Assembly: GCA_965116885.1 (NCBI GenBank) | Contig: OZ220741.1 | Span: 4,416,001-4,480,000, forward strand | DNA from: Candidatus Latescibacterota bacterium | Lineage (GTDB): Bacteria; Latescibacterota; UBA2968 | DNA length: 64,000 nt | Direction of reading: 5' to 3' | Shown here: in pieces, positions 48,403 through 57,891 of the stretch | Layout of the letters: every line of letters begins with the position of its first letter | How positions within the stretch are numbered: position 1 is the stretch's first letter | Notes under the pieces: model-generated | What the model saw: the letters and a program-made list of their open reading frames with translations, nothing else | Database searches by the model: none | Told to the model about the DNA's origin: nothing | Translations under genes and position numbers: made by a program

Positions 48403-49380
48403 ATGGCTGTAAAAGTAGGATTTATCGGAACTGGCGGCATATCGCGCCCCCACCGGAAACATCTCAAAAATATGGATGACGTGGAAGTGGTGGCAATGTG
48501 CGATCTGGAAGAAGACCGCGTCGCAGAAGCCGCCGAAGAATGGAATGCGATGGTTTATACAGATTATAAAACAATGCTCGAAAACGAAGAAATGGACGCG
48601 CTATACGTATGCATTCCGCCCTTTGCACACGAAGAACAGGAAATCATGGCCGCCGAAAAAGGCATTGCCCTCTTCGTAGAAAAACCCGTGTCTGTCACAA
48701 TGGAAAAAGCCCGCGAAGTCGATGCGGCCATTCGCAAAAACAACGTGGTATCGTGCGTTGGGTTTCAAGGGCGCTATTTAGACATTATCGCACAGACAAA
48801 AGATCTGCTCAAAGACCGCCCCGTTGGCCTGGCAATGGGATACTGGATGGGAGGAATGCCGCAAGTGCCCTGGTGGCGGCGGAAAGAAATGTCGGGTGGC
48901 CAGGCCGTTGAGCAAACCATTCACGTCACCGACATGGCGCGGTATCTCTTTGGCGACGTAAAATCCGTCTATGCAGCCGGGCGCACGGGGCTGATGACCG
49001 ATGTGCCCGACTACAACATCGAAGACAGTAGCGCAGCCACACTCGTCTTTGAAAACGGCCTGGCCGCCACCATCTTCTCGGCGTGTTTTCTATCCGGAGG
49101 ACGCGGCAAAGGCGGCATTGATATCTTCACCAAAGACATGAACATCGAATATCGCGAGCGCAGATCCATCACCATCATTCAAAATGGCAATTCAGAACTG
49201 GTCGAAGTGCAAAACGATTTCTGGCAAGACATGGACAATGACTTCATAGATGCCGTGCGAAAAGGCGACGACTCCGCACTCAAAACCACCTATTCCGATG
49301 CCGTCAAAACACAAGAAGTCGTCATGGCCGTAAATCGTTCAATAGAAACAGGCGAAGTGGTTCTGATATCGGATATGTGA
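48403..49380 (+). CDS. Gfo/Idh/MocA oxidoreductase
   Basis: VGFIGTGGI, FVEKP, EQTIH. Confidence 0.92.
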   Translation: MAVKVGFIGTGGISRPHRKHLKNMDDVEVVAMCDLEEDRVAEAAEEWNAMVYTDYKTMLENEEMDALYVCIPPFAHEEQEIMAAEKGIALFVEKPVSVTMEKAREVDAAIRKNNVVSCVGFQGRYLDIIAQTKDLLKDRPVGLAMGYWMGGMPQVPWWRRKEMSGGQAVEQTIHVTDMARYLFGDVKSVYAAGRTGLMTDVPDYNIEDSSAATLVFENGLAATIFSACFLSGGRGKGGIDIFTKDMNIEYRERRSITIIQNGNSELVEVQNDFWQDMDNDFIDAVRKGDDSALKTTYSDAVKTQEVVMAVNRSIETGEVVLISDM

Positions 49381-49384
49381 GGAA

Positions 49385-50524
49385 TCACTGTAAAAATCGC
49401 TCGAGGCGATATCGCTCTAAAAAATCTATTCGAGCACCATCCAAAATCTCAATCGCCGCGCACTCGCCGATTAAAGGCGCGAGCGTAACCCCGCTGTGTG
49501 TCACAGACAAATAGAGATTGGGAACCCGCTGAGCAAATCCGAGAATCGGGTGTCCGTCCTTCGGAATTGGCCGTCGGCCGCGCCGGACCTCGCGCACGGG
49601 CACGCCTTCAATTGCCGGCAAAAAACGCGCCACAGCATCGACCACCCGCAGCACTTCTTCATCGGACTGTCCAAGCGAACCACCATCATACACCCGACCG
49701 TGCGCCCCGCCGTGAAGCATCACCGAACCATTGGGCAACTGCCTGAAATTGGTCTGCGGAGGGCAATCGCGGGGCGAATGCACCACCGATACGTTTTCAA
49801 AAACAGGTGGCACAGGCTCTGTCAAAATCGTACATCCAAACGTGTAATACATGGGCACATCGATATCTGCCATTGCCGCGAGACCTGCCGTATCTGCTCC
49901 CCCTGCAAGCACGACCGCATCGCACGCAATCTCTCCCCTATCCGTCACCACAGCCGCTATATCCGACCCCGAACGCGCCAACCCTGTGACACGCGACTGA
50001 AAAAGAATATCCGCACCCCATTCCCGCAACCATTCAACACATGCCCCGACAACAGCCCCCGTATCCGCGTGTCCTTCTATATCCGTATAAGAAGCTGCCG
50101 TCACAACGCCGGGTGTCAAACGCGGCTCTAATGCTCCAATCTCTTCCCCATTCAACAGACGGATGGGATATCCCCACGACTGCAAAATGCCCGCGCGATT
50201 CACAATTTCCCTTGCTCCATCATCCGTAGAAGCCCACCGCAATTCACCACCCCACGTCGCGCTTTGTGGGATACCCAGTCGCTCGACAAACCGCGTCCAC
50301 ATATCCAGCGAGCGCCGATTGAAAAGGTGATAATGTCTGGGATTTTTATCGCGTGCATTCATCCATGCAAAGGATACCGCAGTTGCTGGTTGAACTTTTG
50401 ATTTCTTCCCGGGTTCACCCGCATCAATCAGCGTAACCTTTGCACCGCGTCTCGCCAGATGAAATGCGATTGACGTCCCCACGATACCCGCGCCAATCAC
50501 AGCGATACTTGAAAAATTGTTCAT
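49385..50524 (-). CDS. FAD-dependent oxidoreductase (DAO/glycine-oxidase-like)
   Basis: IGAGIVG, SFAWMN, RPIPKDGHPILG, THSGVTLAP. Confidence 0.9.
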   Translation of the reverse strand: MNNFSSIAVIGAGIVGTSIAFHLARRGAKVTLIDAGEPGKKSKVQPATAVSFAWMNARDKNPRHYHLFNRRSLDMWTRFVERLGIPQSATWGGELRWASTDDGAREIVNRAGILQSWGYPIRLLNGEEIGALEPRLTPGVVTAASYTDIEGHADTGAVVGACVEWLREWGADILFQSRVTGLARSGSDIAAVVTDRGEIACDAVVLAGGADTAGLAAMADIDVPMYYTFGCTILTEPVPPVFENVSVVHSPRDCPPQTNFRQLPNGSVMLHGGAHGRVYDGGSLGQSDEEVLRVVDAVARFLPAIEGVPVREVRRGRRPIPKDGHPILGFAQRVPNLYLSVTHSGVTLAPLIGECAAIEILDGARIDFLERYRLERFLQ

Positions 50525-50545
50525 TTCCCTTTCACCCTTATACAG

Positions 50546-50578
50546 AAAACGGGTTCGCCTTTGAGGGGAACCCGTTTT
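50546..50578 (-). terminator. Rho-independent terminator/attenuator after the symporter
   Basis: AAAACGGGTTC..GAACCCGTTTT. Confidence 0.7.
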
Positions 50579-50597
50579 ATCTTACCGCACAGCTCAA

Positions 50598-52139
50598 TTA
50601 TTTATACACAGTCAACTCACCCGCCTTGTAACGTCCCCAGTATTCTTTGAGCACTGCCTTGATCTGTGGACTCAAGATAATGCCACCGATAATATTCGGG
50701 AACGCCATACCCAGAATCATCGCATCGGAAAAATCGAGCACACTCTTTAATGCCGTAACAGCCCCAATAAACACAAAACACACAAAAATAATGCGATAAG
50801 CCAGAATAGATTTTATACCAAAAAGATATTCCCACGCTCGCTCGCCGTAATAAGACCACGAGATCATCGTCGAATACGCAAAAAGCATCACCGCAAATGC
50901 GAGCACATAACGCGCCCCGGGAATAAACGAATCAAATGCCGCAGCCGTCATTTTGGCTCCTACAAGAGACCCGCCCTGTCCCTGAAACTCTGCCAACTGA
51001 TACGCACCCGTAATCATACACACCAATGCCGTCATTGAACATATAATAACGGTATCGATAAAAGGCCCGATCATCGCAACCATACCTTCACGCGCGGGTT
51101 CATCGGTCTGCGCTGCCGCATGCGCAAATGCTGCAGAACCCAGGCCAGCCTCATTTGAAAAAGCCGCCCTGCGTACTCCCTGGACCAGAACTCCCAAGAA
51201 GCCGCCATACATAGCTTCTGGCGTAAATGCCTGTGCAATAATATTCGCAATAAGCGCGGGCACTTCGGTAATGTGCGACAGAATAATGAGGATAGACGTG
51301 AGAACATATAGCCCACACATAAAGGGCACAACGCGCGATGTCACATTGCCAATGCGCTTAATGCCACCAATAATCACAATAGCGACCATCGACGCCATAA
51401 AAAGTCCTATAACCCAGTTATATGCCTTAAACCCCTCGGCCACGGTACCGAGAATTTCAACCGTCTGATTTGCCTGAAACATATTGCCGCCACCCAGAGA
51501 GCCTCCAATCGTCAACAGGGCAAAAATGATGGCAAATGGACGCCCCAGTGCCCTGAGACCCTTTCCTCCAAGACCGTGCTCCAGATAATACATCGGGCCA
51601 CCCGACACGCGGCCATCGGGATGAATTTCCCTGTGCATAACCGCCAGCGTACAGGACGCCAGCTTTGAAGCCATGCCAAAAAATGCCGTGACGACCATCC
51701 AGAAAACAGCACCGGGACCACCGGCACTCACGGCAATGGCTACACCCGCGATATTCCCCAATCCCACCGTTGCAGACAGCGCACTGGTCAATGCCTTAAA
51801 ATGCGAAATCTCACCCGGATGATCGGGATGATCATACCGCCCGCGAATCACATTGAGCGAATGTTTGAATCCGCGAAACGTAATCCAGCCAAAATAAAAA
51901 GAGTAATAGATGCCCCCCCCAACCAGCACAATAACGATCAGTGGTAAGCCCAGACCAAAATCAAAGAAAAAAACCGAAAACAGAAAATTGGCTGCAGCCC
52001 CCAGGTGTTCATTCAACGCGGCGATAAACATCTGTATCCCGCCATCCGATTCACCCGATGATGCTTCCTGTGCAAATGCATACCCGACCACGAACAGCCC
52101 CAGAAGCACGGTGAACAGACAAAATTTTTTAGAAGACAT
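50598..52139 (-). CDS. Alanine/glycine:cation symporter (AGCS family)
   Basis: ATVGLGNIAGVA, GGPGAVFWM, GGPMYY, RAAFSNEAGLGS. Confidence 0.95.
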   Translation of the reverse strand: MSSKKFCLFTVLLGLFVVGYAFAQEASSGESDGGIQMFIAALNEHLGAAANFLFSVFFFDFGLGLPLIVIVLVGGGIYYSFYFGWITFRGFKHSLNVIRGRYDHPDHPGEISHFKALTSALSATVGLGNIAGVAIAVSAGGPGAVFWMVVTAFFGMASKLASCTLAVMHREIHPDGRVSGGPMYYLEHGLGGKGLRALGRPFAIIFALLTIGGSLGGGNMFQANQTVEILGTVAEGFKAYNWVIGLFMASMVAIVIIGGIKRIGNVTSRVVPFMCGLYVLTSILIILSHITEVPALIANIIAQAFTPEAMYGGFLGVLVQGVRRAAFSNEAGLGSAAFAHAAAQTDEPAREGMVAMIGPFIDTVIICSMTALVCMITGAYQLAEFQGQGGSLVGAKMTAAAFDSFIPGARYVLAFAVMLFAYSTMISWSYYGERAWEYLFGIKSILAYRIIFVCFVFIGAVTALKSVLDFSDAMILGMAFPNIIGGIILSPQIKAVLKEYWGRYKAGELTVYK

Positions 52140-52332
52140 AGACCCTCCTTTGTATCTGATTTATACTCTCCAATGGAAAACGGCATGAGACCAACGAAAG
52201 CATAATACAAACAAATTGGGGTGATGTATAGCACTTTTACACCCTCCGTGACTTTATCCTTGCACTTTCCCCTCGCGTTGAGCAGATTAAATAGCTTACA
52301 AATAAAAATAGCCACTTGTATTCGTTTCGTCT

Positions 52333-52442
52333 ATGAACGGGTCTGGGCAACGACTCGTTGTATTCCGCTCCGTCTATTCGTTGATGAACTGGCCTGAGAG
52401 ACAGCCAGTTGTACACCGCTCCGTCTATTCGTCTATTCGTCC
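52333..52442. repeat. Tandem 51-bp repeat containing covarying hairpins, in the symporter/SulP divergent intergenic region
   Basis: ATGAAC-N18-GTTGTA-NN-CCGCTCCGTCTATTCGT at 52333 and 52384. Confidence 0.75.
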
Positions 52443-52448
52443 ATACAC

Positions 52449-54221
52449 ATGTCAAATTCACTACGCCATCGCTATCTGCCCTTTCTAAACTGGATTGGAG
52501 AACTCAAAGACCGGCACATCCTGCGCGCCGATATTATTGCGGGCATCACCCTATCGCTGGTATTGATCCCACAGGCCATGGCCAATGCCCAACTGGCCGA
52601 GATGCCTCCTTACTACGGCTTCTATGCATCATTTGTGCCCATCATCGTCAGCGCCCTCTTCGGGTCTTCTCGCCAACTCTCCACAGGTCCGGTCGCACTC
52701 GTCGCCTTGATGGTCGCCTCTGAATTGGGACAACTCGCGGTTGACGAACAGGCGTATATCGCCTATGCGATCCTGCTGGCTCTCATGGTCGGCCTCTTGC
52801 AATTCGGGCTGGGCGTATTGCGCCTGGGTGTATTGGTGAACTTTCTCTCCCATCCGGTGGTACTCGGCTTTACCAATGCCGCGGCCATCATCATCGGCAC
52901 ATCGCAAATCGACAAATTATTCGGCGTCACAGTAGAACGCGGCGGCGCACATTACGAGCGCATGATACGCATGTGGGACGTGATCTCTGCTGGCTCTCAC
53001 TCCCCCACCCTGATCATGGGCCTCTCTGCCATCGCACTATTATTTATTTTGCGCCGTATCAACCCGCAAATTCCGGGTGTGCTGATTGTCGCCATCCTGA
53101 CAACAGGCGTTTCGTGGCTCATCGGATTTGAACAAAATTACGGCGGACAGGTCGTGGGCAACATCCCCGAAGGCATCCCCGCATTTGCACTGCCAATAAT
53201 TGACTGGGGCATCGTGCCGCATATTCTCAGCGCCACCGTAACCATCGCACTCATCGGATATCTGGAAACCATTTCAATTGCCAAAGCCATTGCCACGCAG
53301 ACCCGTCAACGCATTGACGCCAACCAGGAATTGCTCGCACAGGGCTTGAGTAATATCGCCGGCAGTTTTTTCCAGAGCTTTCCCGTCTCCGGCTCTTTTG
53401 TCCGTTCAACCGTCACATTGCGCGCTGGCGGACAAACCGGCTTTGCATCCGTCATTGCCGGGCTGGTGGTCATCCTGCTCCTCCTTTTCTTCACCCAACT
53501 CTTATACCACATGCCCCTATCCACCCTGGCGGCAATCGTCATCGTCTCTGTCACCGCACTGATTAACGTCAAACCTATCATAAGCGCGTGGAAAGTACAC
53601 AAACACGACGGCATTGTCGCCATATCGTCATTTGCACTCACCCTCATCTTCGCGCCACACCTGGACCAGGGCATATTAATCGGCGCATCCTTATCAATCG
53701 CCCTCTATCTCTATCGCACGATGAAACCGCGCGTGGCATTCCTCGCCCGCCATCCCGATGGCGCATTTCGAGATGCAGTAGAACACAATCTGGAATTGTG
53801 CGATGCTATAGCCACCATCCGATTTGATGGCTCATTGTATTTCGGCAGCACAGGTGCTTTTGAAGACACTGTATTGGAACGGATTCGCGATCCCAAATTG
53901 CGCTATGTAATCGTCGATGCAGAAGGGATAAATGAGATTGATGCGACGGGGAAAGAAATGCTGGTCGGCGTGGTGCAGCGGCTACATGAGGCTGGCATTG
54001 AGGTACTATTTACACGAACAAAAAAACAGATCATGGACGCACTCAATCGCGCGGGCGTACTCGAAGAAATTGGTCACGACCGATTTTACACCACCCTCGA
54101 TCGCGTATTAGCTCATGTTTGGGAGGCGCTGGAAGATCAGTATCCCTGCGACAGGTCGTGCCCTGCCGAATGTCCACTCCACCGCCCCAGACCAGACGGA
54201 GATGTATTTTATCGCGTGTAG
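52449..54221 (+). CDS. SulP family anion transporter with STAS domain
   Basis: LIPQAMA, LFGSSRQLSTGP, NQELLAQG, RFDGSLYFG, EIDATG. Confidence 0.95.
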   Translation: MSNSLRHRYLPFLNWIGELKDRHILRADIIAGITLSLVLIPQAMANAQLAEMPPYYGFYASFVPIIVSALFGSSRQLSTGPVALVALMVASELGQLAVDEQAYIAYAILLALMVGLLQFGLGVLRLGVLVNFLSHPVVLGFTNAAAIIIGTSQIDKLFGVTVERGGAHYERMIRMWDVISAGSHSPTLIMGLSAIALLFILRRINPQIPGVLIVAILTTGVSWLIGFEQNYGGQVVGNIPEGIPAFALPIIDWGIVPHILSATVTIALIGYLETISIAKAIATQTRQRIDANQELLAQGLSNIAGSFFQSFPVSGSFVRSTVTLRAGGQTGFASVIAGLVVILLLLFFTQLLYHMPLSTLAAIVIVSVTALINVKPIISAWKVHKHDGIVAISSFALTLIFAPHLDQGILIGASLSIALYLYRTMKPRVAFLARHPDGAFRDAVEHNLELCDAIATIRFDGSLYFGSTGAFEDTVLERIRDPKLRYVIVDAEGINEIDATGKEMLVGVVQRLHEAGIEVLFTRTKKQIMDALNRAGVLEEIGHDRFYTTLDRVLAHVWEALEDQYPCDRSCPAECPLHRPRPDGDVFYRV

Positions 54222-54496
54222 AAAAATACGGTCTTTTTGAGTGTACAAACTATAACACTATAACAATTTATTACAATTTTCAGGGGAACGAAGGTGAGCC
54301 ATCGCTTGTCTAAAACAATATAGCTGTAAATGGGGCTGATTGCTGACTACTGATTGTCACGATTATTGTTGATTTTTTAAAAAAAAATTATACTTTTGTG
54401 TTATCTGAGTTTTTACATAGCCTTCAATTTCGGGCAATTTGATTCATTATATAATCGAAACAGCGCAACTGTCCCTTTCACCACAGGAGGAAGTCT

Positions 54497-57400
54497 ATGA
54501 GACGGACGAGTCTGTTTTTCTTTTTATTCATAGCCCTGGCATTCTCAGCCAGTGCTGTTTTTGCCGGATCAACCGGTAAAATTTCGGGTAAGGTCGTGGA
54601 GAAATCTACGGGCGAGACCCTGCCCGGTGCCAATGTCGTCATTGAAGGCACCACATTGGGCGCCGTAACAGATTCCGATGGCAATTATTTCATCATCAAT
54701 GTGCCGCCGGGTTCTTATACCGTCAGCGCGAGTATGGTCGGCTATCACAAAACGACGCAAACCAATGTGCGGGTCTTTATCGACCTGACCACAACGATGA
54801 ATTTCTCCGGTGACTTCGGTCTTGTAGAAGAAACCATTGAACTGGCAGAGATCACAGTGGTTGCCGAACTCCCGGTGGTACAACCCGATATTTCCGCCAA
54901 CGTCGCCAATATCTCCGCGCAGGATGTCGAAAGCCTGCCAGTGACCAGCGTGAACGAAGTCGTGCGATTAGAGGCAGGGGTTCTCGCCTCTGCCAATGGC
55001 GAACTCTCGATTCGAGGCAGTGCTTTTAATGAGATCGCCTTTTCGGTCGATGGTCTGTCCATGCGCGATGGGCGCAACAACGAACCGTATTCAACGGTGA
55101 GTTATACCTCAATCAAAGAAATGAGCGTGCAGTCGGGTGGGTTCAACGCCGAATACGGCAACGTGCGCTCGGGCCTGGTCAATATTGTAACCAAAGAAGG
55201 CGACAAGCGACGCTACAACGGCGATGTGTTGTTGCGACACAGCGGCGCACAGCGCGATTATTTTGGTCCGTTGCCAAACCATCCCAATGGCTTGTTTTGG
55301 CGCCCATTTACAGATCCCGCTGTGAGGAACGTGGGCACCCATTCGCCCGAAAGCCCCTGGGATGTGTACACGCGGCGTCAATATCGCGTCTGGACCGGGT
55401 GGAATACCATTGTACAAAGGTGGGCTGCCACCCCTACTGATCCATATCACGGCGTGGGTGTGAGAGACACGGGCGCGGATGAATCGACTTTACCAGTCGA
55501 TGAACTGCAAGTTGATGACGCAGTGATTGCGGAATTGTTCGAGTGGTATCGCCGCAAAGATCTGGAAGTTCGCAATGCGGATTTCGATATCGATCTGGGT
55601 TTTGGTGGTCCCTTAATTCCGGGATTGAGCGAAAAACTGGGCGGCCTGAGGTTCTTTGCTTCGGGCAAGCGCGAGCGCAGAGCGTATATGATGCCGCGCA
55701 ATATCGATGAATACGAAAACGACTGGGGCCGCGTAAAGCTCACGTCGGATATTCGCAGCAACATGAAATTGAGTGTCGAGGCGATGTCGGGCGAAGAATT
55801 TGGCTTGAATCCGAACAGAAGTGGCTTTCCCAACATGTGGCGCGGCAATCAGGAAATGAGTCTTAATGATGCTGACCTGATTTGGGCAAATCACCACGAG
55901 AACACACTTCAGATCAAGCGCAATAATATCGGCCTCAGCTTTTCACACGTGTTGAGCCCCAGAACATTTTACGAGTTTCGCTTTCAGAGGATGCAATCGG
56001 ACTTTTTGACCGAAAAGTATCCAGACCGCGATTTGACGGCTGTTGAAAATACCATTCCCCGCAATCCGGACTTCGCGCCTCCCAGTCCGTCTTTACAAGT
56101 TTCAGAGGTCACGCAGAACCACATCGGGTTGACGGCTGCACCCGATGGCTATTTTATGAAAAATGAAGTCTTTGTTGACGGCCTGTATTTGGGGGGGCAC
56201 TGGGCCAATGGACGCGACGACTCTGAAGTCGTAGCCTATACAACGCGTTTTGACATTACCAGCCAGCGCAATCAGGTCGCGCAGTTTAAGGCGGGTTTTG
56301 AATGGATCGCCAGTGATTACGATGTCAATCACGAAAATGCACAGCCTTTCTTCAAAAACAATGCGGCACCCAAATACATCTGGCAACGCACCCCAAACCA
56401 ATTTGCCGGATACGTGCAGACCAAGCTCGAATTCAATGCGATGATCGCAAACCTGGGGGTGCGTTGGGATCGCTGGAATGGGAGTGGCGAATGGTGGGTT
56501 TATGAGGATTTCTCCGGTGCGTTTGGGCCTAAAATTGGCAAAGACAATCTCGAGGAAGCACTCGACCAGGCACCTGTTAAGACCCTGTCTTATTTAAGCC
56601 CTCGCCTGGGTATTTCGTTTCCGGTAACAGCAGACAGCAAATTGTTTTTTAACTATGGGCATTTTCGTCAGATGCTGAACCCACACAATCTCTTTCTCAT
56701 CGATGAAATAAATACGGGCGCAGTCTCTCGGGTCGGCAATCCCAATCATCCGATGCCGCGCACGATCAATTACGAACTCGGCTTTGAGCAGAATTTGTTT
56801 GATCGGTATTTGCTGCGCCTGACCGGATATTACAAAGCCAACGACGACCAGACAATTGGTGTGGCCTACACCAATCTGGACCAAACCGTAGCTTACAACC
56901 TTTTTGAACCCCTCAACTACGACGATATCCGGGGCTTTGAAATAACCATTAGAAAACACAGGGGCAAGTGGTTTGGCGGATCAGTCAACTATACGTATCT
57001 GCAAACTAAGGACGGCAACTTTGGTCGGCGCCAGATATTTGAAAATCGCTTAGAGCAAGCCACTTTTGATGCGACCTCTACGCGGCACTATCAAAGCCGG
57101 CCCGCCAGCCGACCCTTCGCCAGATTGTCGCTGGAATTTTACACGCCGCGCGACTTTGGTCCCCAGGTCTCTAAGTTTTATCCCCTGGGCAAGTGGGATA
57201 TGTCTTTCGTGGGCCGTTGGCGAGCGGGTCAGTACAGCAACTGGTATGGGCCAGAAGGTGGCGATATCCCCGGTTTGATCAGAAATGTCCAGTACAAGAG
57301 TATCAGGAATATGGATCTGCGCCTGACGAAGCAGTTTGCGATGATGGGCGTCAGGGCCATGTTCTTTTTAGACGTCGATAATGTGTTTAATCTCAAGCGA

Positions 57401-57853
57401 CTCAATAGCAGTTCTGCCAACCCGGGGCTCGAAGACTGGGAATTCTATATGGTATCCCTGCATTTGCCAGAAGACACATTTCGCGAGTTCGAACCGCCCT
57501 ATCAGTTCATTCCCGGCAATGACTCGCCCGGCAGTTTCAGAGATTACGGCACGCAATTTGTGCCCATTGAAATTGTCAATACAGCCAGCGATTTGCCCGC
57601 CAATGGATTGCCCGGCGATGCGGAAATCACGGCTGTACTGCCCACGGGTCTCGAACCCGACCGCCGCGTGTTGTGGTATGTTCAGGAAACCGGACAATAT
57701 CACGAATATCAAAACGGAAACTGGGCGCAGGCAAATCAGGATTTTGTAAATGAAGTGCTGGACAATAAGCTGTATATCGACATGCCCAACAACGACTCTA
57801 TCTGGTTCTTGAACCCACGCCGCGTGCGTTTGGGCTTGCGGTTCTCGTTCTAA
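54497..57853 (+). CDS. TonB-dependent receptor with N-terminal carboxypeptidase-regulatory-like domain
   Basis: TGKISGKV..GETLPGANV, plug SIRGS..GGFNAEYG, SPRLGISFP, C-terminal PRRVRLGLRFSF. Confidence 0.9.
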   Translation: MRRTSLFFFLFIALAFSASAVFAGSTGKISGKVVEKSTGETLPGANVVIEGTTLGAVTDSDGNYFIINVPPGSYTVSASMVGYHKTTQTNVRVFIDLTTTMNFSGDFGLVEETIELAEITVVAELPVVQPDISANVANISAQDVESLPVTSVNEVVRLEAGVLASANGELSIRGSAFNEIAFSVDGLSMRDGRNNEPYSTVSYTSIKEMSVQSGGFNAEYGNVRSGLVNIVTKEGDKRRYNGDVLLRHSGAQRDYFGPLPNHPNGLFWRPFTDPAVRNVGTHSPESPWDVYTRRQYRVWTGWNTIVQRWAATPTDPYHGVGVRDTGADESTLPVDELQVDDAVIAELFEWYRRKDLEVRNADFDIDLGFGGPLIPGLSEKLGGLRFFASGKRERRAYMMPRNIDEYENDWGRVKLTSDIRSNMKLSVEAMSGEEFGLNPNRSGFPNMWRGNQEMSLNDADLIWANHHENTLQIKRNNIGLSFSHVLSPRTFYEFRFQRMQSDFLTEKYPDRDLTAVENTIPRNPDFAPPSPSLQVSEVTQNHIGLTAAPDGYFMKNEVFVDGLYLGGHWANGRDDSEVVAYTTRFDITSQRNQVAQFKAGFEWIASDYDVNHENAQPFFKNNAAPKYIWQRTPNQFAGYVQTKLEFNAMIANLGVRWDRWNGSGEWWVYEDFSGAFGPKIGKDNLEEALDQAPVKTLSYLSPRLGISFPVTADSKLFFNYGHFRQMLNPHNLFLIDEINTGAVSRVGNPNHPMPRTINYELGFEQNLFDRYLLRLTGYYKANDDQTIGVAYTNLDQTVAYNLFEPLNYDDIRGFEITIRKHRGKWFGGSVNYTYLQTKDGNFGRRQIFENRLEQATFDATSTRHYQSRPASRPFARLSLEFYTPRDFGPQVSKFYPLGKWDMSFVGRWRAGQYSNWYGPEGGDIPGLIRNVQYKSIRNMDLRLTKQFAMMGVRAMFFLDVDNVFNLKRLNSSSANPGLEDWEFYMVSLHLPEDTFREFEPPYQFIPGNDSPGSFRDYGTQFVPIEIVNTASDLPANGLPGDAEITAVLPTGLEPDRRVLWYVQETGQYHEYQNGNWAQANQDFVNEVLDNKLYIDMPNNDSIWFLNPRRVRLGLRFSF

Positions 57854-57891
57854 GAAGATTTTTGAATTGCGACTTATCAGGAGAATTTGTA

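Noticed and set aside
52314..52442. Mini CRISPR array (GTT...AAC repeats with equal-length spacers)
   Set aside because: Only one full repeat; the 18-nt spacers are short and self-complementary; no cas genes in the window.
52140..52448. Glycine riboswitch upstream of the Ala/Gly symporter
   Set aside because: The minus strand has CTCTCAGG but lacks the GGAGA and CCGAAG core elements.
54222..54496. Cobalamin riboswitch upstream of the TonB receptor
   Set aside because: Only AGGGGAA..GGTG is present; the downstream conserved elements and B12 box are missing.
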